In this document: in pieces, positions 50,803 to 61,918 of the stretch
Position numbering within the stretch: position 1 is the first letter of the stretch
Layout of the letters: every line of letters starts with the position of its first letter
Assembly: GCA_965197745.1 (NCBI GenBank)
Contig: CBDANS010000007.1
Coordinates: 2,016,001 to 2,080,000, forward strand
Reading direction: 5' to 3'
Source: Opitutales bacterium
GTDB lineage: Bacteria > Verrucomicrobiota > Verrucomicrobiia > Opitutales > PNEW01
DNA length: 64,000 nucleotides
Notes under the pieces: generated by a model
Seen by the model: the letters and a program-made list of their open reading frames with translations, nothing else
Told to the model about the DNA's origin: nothing
Database searches by the model: none
Program-made: the position numbers and the translations under genes

Positions 50803-53044
50803 ATGCTCTTAAAAAAATCGCTCACGTTTCTCCTTGTCTCACTCTTAACCCCCGTTCTTCTCATCGCCCTGCCTCAAGATCTGGAAATTTTCACGGATTT
50901 CGAAAACGTCAGTGGTGAAGGGACTATCTTCATCGGTGAGGAGCCAAATGTAGTTACGTTGATCGGTTTCACGGTTGAAACTCTAGAGGATCCGGCGCAA
51001 TTACATTCGGGAACAAAGGCGCTCACCCTGGGCCCCGGACAGGAGGGGCAGATCATCTCCAACAGAGGGCTACAGTTTCTTCAATTATACGCGGGTGAAA
51101 CGACAGGCGCGGGCAAAATAGAAGTAAGAGGGATTAAAAATGTCGATTCTTCTCAAGGATCTGATCGTCATATTGAACTCGTCCTCGGCGGTGTTGATGC
51201 TAATGCTATTATCGAAGGACTACCGGCAAATATAAGCCCCGGCGCCAATCCGACTTTATATAGCTGGGTCGGAGACAGCGGCAATTTTTTTTATATAACC
51301 GATCTTGATTTCAATAGCGGGATACAAAACGTTAAGTTTTTTAATGTTACATGTTACGGGAAAACTGGTGATCGATGACCTCGGATTCACCCTGACCGAC
51401 TTCCCCTCAAACAATACTGTTTACGAAACGTTTAGTGCATTTGGCGCAGGTCATGGAGAGTTTGAACCGATAATCCTTGGGACACCGCCAAATACTGCTT
51501 CGATTGAGGGAGGATCTGTTCTGTCTGCATTCTCTCGTACCGGGTGCCCCACCCGATCATTTCCTACTGGATATGGAGTATTTAATGGTGATGAAGCAAC
51601 GATCACATTTGAAACTCCGGCTTATAAAATTGATATGTTCGCAACACAGAGTACACCACCAAAAGATGGAATTTTACCCGATGGGTTTATTGACGTCTAT
51701 GATACAAACGACAACTTACTCGTTACGATTGATAATTTAGAATCTTCTGTTGACCCCCTTTTTAAACCCGGTTCTGTAAATATTAATGCGGATGAATTAG
51801 GATCTCCGGGAGGCATTGGCAGGATTGTCTTGAGAGATCATCCTACTAATTATACTCAAGGTCGTACTTGCATCGATGATTTTGGGTATACCCCGATCGG
51901 CGCACCGGGCACAGGATCCGAAGGCCCCCCACCCGTTGCTGCTCCCGCTATCACAACGCAGCCGGCAAGTCAGGAAATCGCATCCGGTGCTTCAGCTAGC
52001 TTATCCGTTGCCGCCAGCGGTGACGATATTACTTACCAGTGGTTTACCGGTAACAGCGGTGACACCGCTGCTCCTGTCGCCGGGGCTACGAGCAGCACTT
52101 TAACCACCGGCGCTCTCACCGTGAGCACGAACTACTGGGCACAGGTAACGAACGCCGGAGGCAGCGCTGACAGCGATACGGCGGTCGTCACGGTCGCGGC
52201 ACCAGCCGTGCCCCTCGTCCTCGAAGGCTCGGGAGATATCGCCGGTGAAAACATTCAGCACGCCAACGGCAACGTTTTCGATCAGATATTACTCACCGGA
52301 GAGTCCGTCCAACTCCAGGCCAAACCGGGACAGATCACCCGCGTCTCCTTCATGGATGAAAACGAGGACATTGTGCAGGTAGAATTTTCAGGTGTTGGGA
52401 CCTTTACCGTAACCCTCGATCCGGCCACCTTCCTGCCACCGGCTATCCCTCCACGCTACAACCAGGCCGTTGAGTACGTGACGGGTAAACCGAGCGTAGT
52501 CATCGACGGAGCGGACACCAATACCTTCTTCAGTATCTTCACCGTGGGTGGGATCAACGCATTTAACCAGGCGCTGTTCCCCGAAGGACAGGTTTATGAT
52601 GCACAGGCTGACGTTACGTTAGTTGAGATTGTAAATTCCACGGGAATGGGCGGCATACAACTGTCGAACACCGTGTTCAGTGGAAGCACGGGCAAGACCG
52701 GTATCGACGCGCGGGGGGTACCGATCGGGGTACGCTTAACTATAGGTGATATCGATGCCGATGGCGATGCAGTACCGCACATACTCTTTGGCTCTGGCTC
52801 CTTCACCGTGCCAGCCGGTAACCCCGGCTTGCGCATCACCGGAGGAGACCTCTTGCAGACCAACGGCGCCGCCGTTGTCGTCGCGGAGAGCGGATCGACG
52901 ACGACGGGATTCGATACCCTGATCACGCAAAACAATTTTAAATCCGACAACACCCCACAGCCGACACTGAGCATCGACGCAACCTTCGCCAACGAAGACG
53001 GCGATGCGATCGAGGTTGTTCTCGAAGAGATCACTATCGAGTGA
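50803..53044 (+). pseudogene. Secreted Ig-like domain protein, paralog 5, frameshifted by a 7-bp duplication
   Basis: ATGTTAC repeated at 51344-51357 where paralog 4 has one copy. Confidence 0.9.
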
Positions 53045-53083
53045 TCTCTTCGAGAAGTGTTAGGTGTTAGGTTTTAAGTGTAA

Positions 53084-53159
53084 GGTGGAGCGGGCTGTCC
53101 CTAGCACGCTTCTTCAGTTGCGACACCTTCTAAACGCGGTAGAGACACCGCGTTCCACC
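53084..53159. repeat. GGTGGA...TCCACC REP-doublet
   Basis: Homolog of 17270-17344. Confidence 0.8.
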
Positions 53160-53284
53160 TTATTACTTAACGCGCAAACCTTAACACCTAACACTTAAAA
53201 CGCGCGTCAGCGCTCTCTTACTTATTTCCTGAACCCCGAACCCTGAACCCTGAAATCTGCTACCCTGAGCGCAGTCGAAGGGAA

Positions 53285-54553
53285 TCAAACCAACTCCTGC
53301 ACCGCTACGGGACACCCGTTGTTCTGAATGCTCTTATTAGCTGCTAGCCCCACGAGCACTGCTTGAATACCCTGATCGAGCGGTGCAAACTGATTCAGTG
53401 GATCATCGCCCGCGGCGTCGCCAAAGAGGAACTCGAGCATCTTAGGATCCGCTCCTCCGTGACCGCCCTTAACCTCCCCATGGGTGAGATCGAGCACTTT
53501 GCCCTCGTGCGGGAGAAACAAGGTGACTTTGCGTCCGACTCCGAACGACTCATCATTGACGAGTTGTGTGACGTTCTGCGTTTTTTGTCCTGCGACAAAT
53601 CCCGTGGAGTGCACAGCCCGCATTTCGAGTCTGCCAAGTGTACCCTCAATATCGATTGAGTTACTCTCGTATGCCGCGTAGCTGTTCAGTGAAAAACTCG
53701 CGATGATGCCATTGTTGTAAGCGATCGACGCGCTGAAAGTATCAGGGATATCGATGCGCGGATCAAATACACACCCGTCGCGGATGTATCCGTCTTCACT
53801 TTCCGCTTCACGGTAGAGCATGCGAATCTCCTCTTCCGCAAACATATCCACGTAAAAATTACACTTTTCGGCATGCTCGCAATTTGAGCAACGTTCACCG
53901 CGAAAAGGACCGTGCTTTCCATAAAAGGACTGCCGGCCTAAAGCGGTAACGGTCTCGGGTGTAGAATCCGCCAGCCAGTTGATCAAATCGAAGTGATGGC
54001 TGGCCTTGTGAATCATCAATCCACCGCTATTCTCAATTATGCGATGCCAGCGGCGATAGTAATCGGCCCCATGTAATCTGTCCAGGGTCTCGGCAAAATT
54101 GATGTGCAGCACCTTGCCGATGCGGCCGTCCAGAATCTCGCGCTTGATTACCTCAATGTCAGGCTTGAACCGCATATTGTGGGTCACGCGCCCCTTGGCT
54201 TTGCTTTTTTCAGCAGCACTTCGAATGGCGCGGACATGCTCAGCGGATGTGCAGAGGGGCTTCTCGACAATGGCTTCACAATCATTTTCCAGTGCACCGA
54301 CTACGTACCGGGCATGTGTCGAGTCCTGCGACGTAACGATGACGCCATCCGGTTTTACGGTGCGCATCATCTCATCGAAATTATTGAATGTCGGCACTGC
54401 CGTCCCCACCAGTTGATTGGCCGCATCCATACGCTTGGCATTGGGGTCGTAAAGCCCGACCAGCTCGACCCGGCCCTGGAATCGAGACGAGAGCGGCCCA
54501 AGATAGCTGTGCGTGCACCGCCCACCCGTACCGACTATGACAAAACGTTTCAT
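53285..54553 (-). CDS. Gfo/Idh/MocA oxidoreductase
   Basis: IVGTGGR, EKPL, HGADYYRRWH, HKASHHFDL, GHGGAD. Confidence 0.92.
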   Translation of the reverse strand: MKRFVIVGTGGRCTHSYLGPLSSRFQGRVELVGLYDPNAKRMDAANQLVGTAVPTFNNFDEMMRTVKPDGVIVTSQDSTHARYVVGALENDCEAIVEKPLCTSAEHVRAIRSAAEKSKAKGRVTHNMRFKPDIEVIKREILDGRIGKVLHINFAETLDRLHGADYYRRWHRIIENSGGLMIHKASHHFDLINWLADSTPETVTALGRQSFYGKHGPFRGERCSNCEHAEKCNFYVDMFAEEEIRMLYREAESEDGYIRDGCVFDPRIDIPDTFSASIAYNNGIIASFSLNSYAAYESNSIDIEGTLGRLEMRAVHSTGFVAGQKTQNVTQLVNDESFGVGRKVTLFLPHEGKVLDLTHGEVKGGHGGADPKMLEFLFGDAAGDDPLNQFAPLDQGIQAVLVGLAANKSIQNNGCPVAVQELV

Positions 54554-54568
54554 TTATTTCGCCTTACC

Positions 54569-55621
54569 TTAGAGCGATTTCCTGAAAAACTCCGGAGACT
54601 TGTTCCCACCCCAAGCGTGTCCACCGGGATGAAGATCGAGGTCCAAGTGTTCAGTCGCACCCGCGGCTGAGTAAATTTTCTCTAACTGGTGGTAACACGC
54701 TATGGCGGTATCCACCCTGAAACACATGTCGCGGATGCCGACGTCGATGAGGAGCGGAAGGGGTGCGAGCAATCCCTGCAGATCGGGCAGATCGACAAGC
54801 GCGTAGAGGCCAGGAGCGACCTGCATGCCGCAATAGTTTATGTCGCGCATGCCAAAAGCGGCCCACAAATCGCTATAACAAATGATCTCCGCCGCTTTGA
54901 ACCGATCATCGCACAGCGCGGTCCACAGTGTCATTGTCCCACCGCCGCTCAAGCCCATCACACCCAGGCGGTCGGAATCAACTTCCGGCAAGCTGGAGAC
55001 AAAACTCGTTGTCGCCATGCCAATGCCTACGTTGATCGAAATAGATGTCATGCCAAACATCGTGGAGTGAAGATAATATATATTGCACCAGTCCCGATTA
55101 TGACTGTTGCTCCACCAGTTTGGCTTGGAATCATCGTCCAAATCTGCATTGCCGAGCCAGTCGACGGCGTAAGTCACGAAACCCGCGTGTGCCATTTGAA
55201 GACCGCAATCGTAATTAGTGCTCTCAATATCCGCTTTACGTTCGGGGGTTGAACGGTTGCCCATTACGGATTCCTTGCCGTAGGGGCCGTGACCATGCCA
55301 ACACAAGAGAGCCGGGCGTTGTTCACCCTTCTTCATATCCGTCGGGAAAAAAATCAGCACCGTCGCTGACAGTTTCGGATTTACATCGATGATCCATCTC
55401 TGACCGCGGATTCCGTCTTCCTCCCACTCCAACTTCAATTCCGGATTCGGATCCACGGTTTCAGGGAAAGCGCCCAGGCATTTCATCACTTCCGGTTTGG
55501 CCGTCGCCCTCCACGTTTCGAAGTCACCGGTCCAGTTTTCAAAATGAAACTGTGGTTGATGATCGTCCGCCATACGCACGAACATAGTCTGTGGACTAAG
55601 GTTTCTCTTGGATGATTTCAT
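54569..55621 (-). CDS. Alpha/beta hydrolase (dienelactone hydrolase-like)
   Basis: CWHGHG, GLSGGG nucleophile motif, HPGGH. Confidence 0.88.
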   Translation of the reverse strand: MKSSKRNLSPQTMFVRMADDHQPQFHFENWTGDFETWRATAKPEVMKCLGAFPETVDPNPELKLEWEEDGIRGQRWIIDVNPKLSATVLIFFPTDMKKGEQRPALLCWHGHGPYGKESVMGNRSTPERKADIESTNYDCGLQMAHAGFVTYAVDWLGNADLDDDSKPNWWSNSHNRDWCNIYYLHSTMFGMTSISINVGIGMATTSFVSSLPEVDSDRLGVMGLSGGGTMTLWTALCDDRFKAAEIICYSDLWAAFGMRDINYCGMQVAPGLYALVDLPDLQGLLAPLPLLIDVGIRDMCFRVDTAIACYHQLEKIYSAAGATEHLDLDLHPGGHAWGGNKSPEFFRKSL

Positions 55622-55975
55622 TTTTTTAAAAAGTAAGTTTCAGAGCTCGCGTTGATTGAGAAGAAATAGCCACAAGATGCACCAGAGACACAAGAAAAAT
55701 TTGTGAAAGATGGAATAAAGAAGCGCGCTGGGAACAGCCGTCGTCCCGCGGTGGCGGGACTATGGCTGGCAAACAAGAAGAGACAAGAATAATTTGAGAA
55801 AGATTATATAATGGAAAAATCTCTTACCTGAACCCCGAACCCTGTATACTCTGAGTTTCTCGATGGGCACCTGCTTAACCTAAATCCAAACACTTACATC
55901 AACGCTCGTTCACTCTTTACTGTTCACTGTTTACTGATTGCACTGATTCCAAACTAAATAAACGGGGATCCTACG

Positions 55976-57568
55976 ATGACAATGAACAAACAGAGCGAAA
56001 GAATAAAGGCCGCGCGGGAGTTGCGCGAACATCTACTGCGAGACAAACACCGCCCGGGTTACCACTTCGCGATTCCTGAGGACATCGGCCGTCCCGGTGA
56101 CGCCAACGGCGCTTTTTACGCTAACGGCCGGTACCATCTCATGTATCTCTATAACCGCAGGGGCGTGCACGCTTGGAAAGATAATGGTTTCTGCTGGGGC
56201 CATATCTCAAGTCACGATCTGGTCCATTGGCGACATCATCCTGATGCCATTGGTCCCGGTGATGGGGACGGTGGGTGCTTCAGCGGCGGTGGTTTCGTCG
56301 ATGACGACGGCACAGCATATCTCTCCTACTGGAGACTCGGCACCACGGTAGACGGTGTCGAGAGAACAGGTATCGGCATCGCGCGTAGCAGTGACAGACA
56401 CTATGAGACCTGGGAGAAGATGGACATACCGAGTCTCGACGGCACCGAGTTTGGCATAATCGAACGCAAAGACGAAAAGGGTAATCCCCAGTATCTGGGC
56501 AACTCTGACCCGAGCAACATCTGGAAGAAAGACGGCGTCTACTACATGGAAGCAGGTAATTTACTGGTCCTGAATAAACTCTGGCGAGATGAGGATTCGC
56601 CGAAACATTACCGCGGCGACTGGGTTGATTTGTTTTCCTCCACTGACCTCAAAAACTGGGAGTTCGTTCACCGCTTTTATCAACGCGACACGGAAAATAA
56701 TTGGACCCAGGAGAGCGAGGATGATATGTGTCCGAGCTATCTCCCCTTACCTTCCTCACCCGAGGGCGGAGAGATGAGCGGTAAGTATCTGCAACTCTTC
56801 ATTTCACATAACTTGGGATGCCAGTACTACATCGGCGATTACGATACGCAGCGCGACCTCTTTATACCTGAAAACCACGGGCGAATGACCTGGGTAGACA
56901 ATACGTTTTTCGCACCCGAAGCGCTCATCGACAGCCAGGGACGACAAATCATGTGGGCGTGGCTCACGGACAACGCACACAAGGAATTAGACGATGCGAT
57001 TAAAGACGGGTGGTGCGGTGTCTACGGACTACCGCGAGTACTCTGGCTCGGGGATGACAACTCACTGCATATCGCACCGGCACAAGAGTTGCAAACGCTG
57101 CGTTACAACAATAAAAGTTTCGATGACCTCACCCTTATCAAAGACTCAGCATTCGAGCTGAAGGGGATTAACGGCCGATCGTGTGAAATTGCCTTCAGCA
57201 TTGACCTTCAGTCTGCACAGCAAGCGGGTATAAGAGTGCGCAGCAGCGCAGGAAATGAAGAGACAACTCTCCTCTACTATGACGCTTCCCTAAAGAAACT
57301 GGTATTTGATTCTACAGTCAGCGGCCCCCTGGGGAGAACGGTTGTTGAAGAAGCGCCATTTGAACTTTCTAAAAATGAGCGTCTTAATCTACGCGTCTTC
57401 ATCGACAATTCGGTGGTTGAGGTATTCGCGAATGACCGACAGGCGATTACCCGACGGGTATATCCAGAAAGGGATGACAGCGATCATGTCCAGTTCTTCT
57501 GCCAGGGGGGTACCGCCTCATTTACTGACATCGAAACGTGGGAAATGATGCCATCGAACGGAAGCTAG
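55976..57568 (+). CDS. Glycoside hydrolase family 32-like protein
   Basis: RPGYHF, DANG, WGHISSHDLVHW, CFSG, C-terminal LRVFIDNSVVEVF. Confidence 0.88.
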   Translation: MTMNKQSERIKAARELREHLLRDKHRPGYHFAIPEDIGRPGDANGAFYANGRYHLMYLYNRRGVHAWKDNGFCWGHISSHDLVHWRHHPDAIGPGDGDGGCFSGGGFVDDDGTAYLSYWRLGTTVDGVERTGIGIARSSDRHYETWEKMDIPSLDGTEFGIIERKDEKGNPQYLGNSDPSNIWKKDGVYYMEAGNLLVLNKLWRDEDSPKHYRGDWVDLFSSTDLKNWEFVHRFYQRDTENNWTQESEDDMCPSYLPLPSSPEGGEMSGKYLQLFISHNLGCQYYIGDYDTQRDLFIPENHGRMTWVDNTFFAPEALIDSQGRQIMWAWLTDNAHKELDDAIKDGWCGVYGLPRVLWLGDDNSLHIAPAQELQTLRYNNKSFDDLTLIKDSAFELKGINGRSCEIAFSIDLQSAQQAGIRVRSSAGNEETTLLYYDASLKKLVFDSTVSGPLGRTVVEEAPFELSKNERLNLRVFIDNSVVEVFANDRQAITRRVYPERDDSDHVQFFCQGGTASFTDIETWEMMPSNGS

Positions 57569-57658
57569 AGCGCTGACGCGCGTTTTAGGTTTTAAGTGTT
57601 AAGTAAATCCACCTTAGAATCTAAATTTTTAACGGCATCTTACTGTTCACTGATGTTA

Positions 57659-59071
57659 TTAATTCTTAAAACTGAAGGAAAAGAATTTGGATTCTCGCAG
57701 GAGGAATTTCAACTTGATCTCGGCACCTTCGTGTTCCTTCAATGAGAATCCGTCTTTCCACTCAATCTTCGCGTCTGAAACGGTTGTTGTAACCAGCTCG
57801 CCTTCAGCCAATTCTTTATCGTCACTATCGAAAGCCGTGACTTTTACAAAGCCTGACGGTGCAACATCGGCGCTGATGCAGAGCGCACCGGCAACCACGG
57901 AAACAGGCACGGTCGTTATGGATCCGGTCTTGTTACTACCTCCTTCAAACTGTTCGTACCCCGCGAACCCATCCGGCCGCATGTGTGCGAGGCACAAATA
58001 GCCATTACGCCAACCCATAAATCTACCATCGTTTGCACCGTAGTAGAGAATAATCTCGTCCTCACGAATTATTGGCATGGAAGTGAATATGCAACCCCAG
58101 TCGTAATCACCCATGACCGGTCCGTTGGCAATCAGCGGTTTGCCGGGCTGAATCCGGTGCCACTCGATACTATCCGGGCTCCAGGCCAGTTCGCACCACT
58201 GCTTACTGACTGTGATGTCGAACAGGCCAACCATTCCCAAATAGATTCCTGCATGGGGAACAACCGGCATATCGTGGATCTGCATCCGCAGATCGAGCCC
58301 CACAATGGCGAATTCAGGTTTCGACCAATTCAGGAAATCAGAAGACTCGCTTCTTGACTTGCTGCGATGCCCGGTTTGGCCATAGCGGTCCATCGTAGTT
58401 TTTTCCCCACCCCATTGACGCGTGATGACTACATACTTCTCAAGGTTGGTGTCCCACCAGAGACCCTGGTTGGTATCACCCCAGCCGATAGCCCCGACAT
58501 TATGTTGTTCACCCCAGTGGATGCCATCAGACGAAAACCAAGCCGCGCTCTCCTCCTGTTCCGGGTGTAAAGCTTTGTAGCGTTTCTCGGGATCGGTTTC
58601 ATGCAGATCTTTGATGACTATTACACCATGAGTATATTCGATAACGATGTTGTTATCCTTGCTGCCGTCATAATCGATCAGTCCCAGTTCCGGTTTTTTC
58701 CAGTGTAGACCATCTTTGGAAGTGGCGTAGCACACACCGTAACTGCGGTGCCCCTCTCGCCAATCGACCCAGGCCCGTTCTTCATTTGGCAGTCCCTCTC
58801 CCGGAAAACCCTCCCTCGGGGCGGACTTAATAAAAATACTGTACCAGCATTTGTAGATATTTTCTTCCTCATCATAGATGACACTGCTATAGGGATTGTC
58901 GAATCGTGGTTCCCATGGCTTGTCTTCTTTGAAGAGTGGATTGCTTTTCTCCTTCTGTACCACACCGACCGTCAACTCCACATTGTCTTTCGATTCGATG
59001 ATTCGAGAATCCAGAACAAGGTAGCGGTCACGTTTTGTGAATGAATTGATTTTATCGTTTTTTGCGTTCAT
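57659..59071 (-). CDS. Beta-propeller glycoside hydrolase-like protein
   Basis: Repeated SxDGxxW motifs, IILYYGA, RPDGF. Confidence 0.75.
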   Translation of the reverse strand: MNAKNDKINSFTKRDRYLVLDSRIIESKDNVELTVGVVQKEKSNPLFKEDKPWEPRFDNPYSSVIYDEEENIYKCWYSIFIKSAPREGFPGEGLPNEERAWVDWREGHRSYGVCYATSKDGLHWKKPELGLIDYDGSKDNNIVIEYTHGVIVIKDLHETDPEKRYKALHPEQEESAAWFSSDGIHWGEQHNVGAIGWGDTNQGLWWDTNLEKYVVITRQWGGEKTTMDRYGQTGHRSKSRSESSDFLNWSKPEFAIVGLDLRMQIHDMPVVPHAGIYLGMVGLFDITVSKQWCELAWSPDSIEWHRIQPGKPLIANGPVMGDYDWGCIFTSMPIIREDEIILYYGANDGRFMGWRNGYLCLAHMRPDGFAGYEQFEGGSNKTGSITTVPVSVVAGALCISADVAPSGFVKVTAFDSDDKELAEGELVTTTVSDAKIEWKDGFSLKEHEGAEIKLKFLLRESKFFSFSFKN

Positions 59072-59217
59072 AAATAGATTACGCCATGGAGGACATAGGT
59101 CTCGGAGGTGTCAAGCATCTGTGTTTGTAATTTGACATTGTCACTCCATAGCGAAGACAATTGCGTTAGCCTGATGGCTATTCTAACGAGCTCGAAATCA
59201 GAAAACAGGAACTAATC

Positions 59218-59481
59218 ATGGAATCTACAATCAAAAGCGGGAAGCACCTTTCCCAAAATGAAAATATCAGCGAATCGACTTTTGATGATGTCAACCTGTC
59301 AAACAGCGTTTTCAAAAACGCAAACATGTCACATGTCCGCTTCAATGACATCAATCTTTCCCATGCTGTCTTTGACGATATAAATTTCAGCAACGCTAAG
59401 ATTTCGAATGCGAATTACGAAGGGATGACAATCGAAGGTATTCTCGTGACCGATCTTCTGAAAGAATTTAAGACGAAATAG
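59218..59481 (+). CDS. Pentapeptide-repeat protein
   Basis: Repeats such as VNLSN/SVFKN/ANMSH/VRFND. Confidence 0.85.
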   Translation: MESTIKSGKHLSQNENISESTFDDVNLSNSVFKNANMSHVRFNDINLSHAVFDDINFSNAKISNANYEGMTIEGILVTDLLKEFKTK

Positions 59482-59508
59482 ACTTAACTGCGTGGTATAA
59501 GTTCTAAA

Positions 59509-60831
59509 ATGGTAAGTGTAAATATGGCATTACCGAATATTCTCTTCATGACGAGCCACGACATCGGGGACTGGCTTGGGTGCTACGGACATGAGACCGT
59601 GCACACGCCGAACCTGGATGCGCTGGCAGCGAGGGGTTGCCGTTTTGATCACAACTTTTGCACCAGCCCGATCTGTGCGCCGAGCCGGGGCGCGATGATG
59701 ACGAGTAGATATCCCCAGACTAACGGCATCATGGGAAACATTCAGACCCCCTATCGCTGGCGCTATAACAAGGGTGAACGCCATATCTCCCATCTGATTG
59801 GTGAACAGGGTTACTACCCTGTACTCTTTAATTTTCAGCACGAAGCGCAATTCGACAACCCACTCGGCTTTCGCGAACGCCGGGTGGTAGACACTGGTTC
59901 AAAGAAACTACTGACGGGAGAACATGTCTCCACGGCAGACGAAACAGCTAATGAGCTCGTCAAGTTTTTCGGGGAATACGATAGAGACGGCATCCCTTTC
60001 TACGCGCAGGTCGGATTCTTTGAGACTCACACTCCCTATGACTTTGGGGGCGCGCAGCCAGACGACAGTCTTGGTATCGGCACACCGCCCTATATAGCGG
60101 ACGAGGGGAAAGAAAGACAGCACATCGCCGGGCTACAAGGGTCGATCCGGAGCCTGGACGCAGCCATCGGAAAGATCCTTCAAGCACTCTCAGAAACGGG
60201 ACTGGATCAGAATACGATCGTCATCTTTGTAGCAGACCACGGCGTTGAGCTTCCCCACTGCAAATGTCATCTTTACGATAGCGGTATTCGCACGGCTCTT
60301 CTGATGCAATTACCCCCGAGCCTTCCCCAGGGAGGTAGTGTCTGCGACTGGCTGATCAGCAACATCGATGTGCTACCCACCCTGTTTGATCTGCTCAATT
60401 TGCCGTGTCCGGATAACGTGCAGGGACTGAGCTTTGCCGAATTCTTCCGCAACGAGCAAGCAGTTCAAACACGTGATGCAGTTTATGCTATGATGCAAGC
60501 CGATGCAATGTTCGTCGAGTCGCGTTGTGTCCGCACAAACCAATACAAGCTCATCCGGAATTTTTCTCCAAGCCGTCTTCCGGATGTGCCCTTTCGACTC
60601 GGTCAGGGAGGATTGCAGGAACGCCCGGTGATGGAGCTCTATGACCTGCATGAAGATCCTCATGAGCTGAACAACCTCGGAATGGATACCCAACTGGAAA
60701 AGGTGCGCGAGGATCTCAACGGGCGACTTTTGCGTTGGCTCAAAGAGGTGAAGGACCCTATTCTCCAGGGGCCACCCCCCACTGCCTACTATCGTATGGC
60801 AATCGCCGATCTGACGACGGGCAAAACATAA
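59509..60831 (+). CDS. Sulfatase
   Basis: PNILF, CAPSRG, ADHG, ELYDLHEDPHE. Confidence 0.92.
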   Translation: MVSVNMALPNILFMTSHDIGDWLGCYGHETVHTPNLDALAARGCRFDHNFCTSPICAPSRGAMMTSRYPQTNGIMGNIQTPYRWRYNKGERHISHLIGEQGYYPVLFNFQHEAQFDNPLGFRERRVVDTGSKKLLTGEHVSTADETANELVKFFGEYDRDGIPFYAQVGFFETHTPYDFGGAQPDDSLGIGTPPYIADEGKERQHIAGLQGSIRSLDAAIGKILQALSETGLDQNTIVIFVADHGVELPHCKCHLYDSGIRTALLMQLPPSLPQGGSVCDWLISNIDVLPTLFDLLNLPCPDNVQGLSFAEFFRNEQAVQTRDAVYAMMQADAMFVESRCVRTNQYKLIRNFSPSRLPDVPFRLGQGGLQERPVMELYDLHEDPHELNNLGMDTQLEKVREDLNGRLLRWLKEVKDPILQGPPPTAYYRMAIADLTTGKT

Positions 60832-60880
60832 TTCTAGTCGGCCATTTTTTGCTATAGCGAAATCTATTATCAGCCAATAA

Positions 60881-60954
60881 GTTGGAACACGCTGTCCCTA
60901 GCGCGTTGTGATAAGTAATAGAAAAGAAGCGTGCTAGAGACAGCCCGCTCCACC
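60881..60954. repeat. REP-doublet
   Basis: Homolog of 17270-17344. Confidence 0.75.
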
Positions 60955-61243
60955 TAAAACTTAACACACTCAATAACGTCTTCACTTGTTCATTGTTCAC
61001 TGATTCCCTGAGCATCAGGGGATACTGTCCGAATTAGTTATCGCGAGCTTTCTCCACTGACAGGAACGCATCAACTTTAGCGCGTAAGCGCCTCACATCG
61101 TGACATGAGCAACGTCATTGATCAGATTTCAATTTTCATCCGGATCGTTATTCAAATCGAAATCTGCTCGCTCCCTAACGATAGCATGATTTGAAATATT
61201 ATTTGACATCATTTTATCCGTAATCAACAAGGAGTGATTCATT

Positions 61244-61873
61244 ATGCGCGCCCTGGTACTCTGTGATGATTCCGCTCACCCAGCTGCTCTTACTCGCGAG
61301 GGGTTGGGCGCTTTAGGTGATAGCGACCACGAGTTTGAATGGCTCGAAGACCCCGCACAATGGTCGGCAGAGCGGATGAACAATTTCCCTCTCACCATTT
61401 TTTCTAAAGCCAACAATACCTCCGGGTCAGACCCTGCTCCATGGGCCGATAAAGCCATTGGACAAGCCTTTGTTAATTACGTGGCTCAGGGAAACAGTGT
61501 CCTCTTTCTCCATTCGGGAACAGCCTTATACGGTGAGGTGCCATCGCTCTGCAATTTAATGGGCGGCAGCTTTGTCGGGCATCCTCCCCAATGTCCGGTT
61601 ACCGTGGAGATGCTGGAGGGTCATCCCCTTGCCAAGGGCAGTTCTCCTTTCACCCTCAAAGATGAACATTACCAGATGGAGATGCACGACTCCAATGTTG
61701 ACCTCTTCCTGCACACCACCTCTGAACACGGTAGACAACCAGCCGGTTGGACGCGAACCGAGGGCAAAGGGCGTGTCTGCGTCCTGACCCCCGGACACAA
61801 TCTGGCCATCTGGCATCACCCTTCTTATCAGGTAATATTACGCAACAGCTTGAATTGGTGCGTAAAAGCCTGA
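61244..61873 (+). CDS. ThuA-like domain protein
   Basis: LHSG, GGSFVGHP, DEHY, GKGRVCVLTPGH. Confidence 0.85.
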   Translation: MRALVLCDDSAHPAALTREGLGALGDSDHEFEWLEDPAQWSAERMNNFPLTIFSKANNTSGSDPAPWADKAIGQAFVNYVAQGNSVLFLHSGTALYGEVPSLCNLMGGSFVGHPPQCPVTVEMLEGHPLAKGSSPFTLKDEHYQMEMHDSNVDLFLHTTSEHGRQPAGWTRTEGKGRVCVLTPGHNLAIWHHPSYQVILRNSLNWCVKA

Positions 61874-61918
61874 CAAATTGACAGACCTCGCACTGACGCC
61901 CGCAAGGAGCCCAAACCC

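Noticed and set aside
17392..53044. Diversity-generating retroelement (Avd-like genes plus variable paralogs)
   Set aside because: No reverse transcriptase, no template/variable repeat pair with adenine-specific mismatches seen, and the variation is N-terminal with indels.
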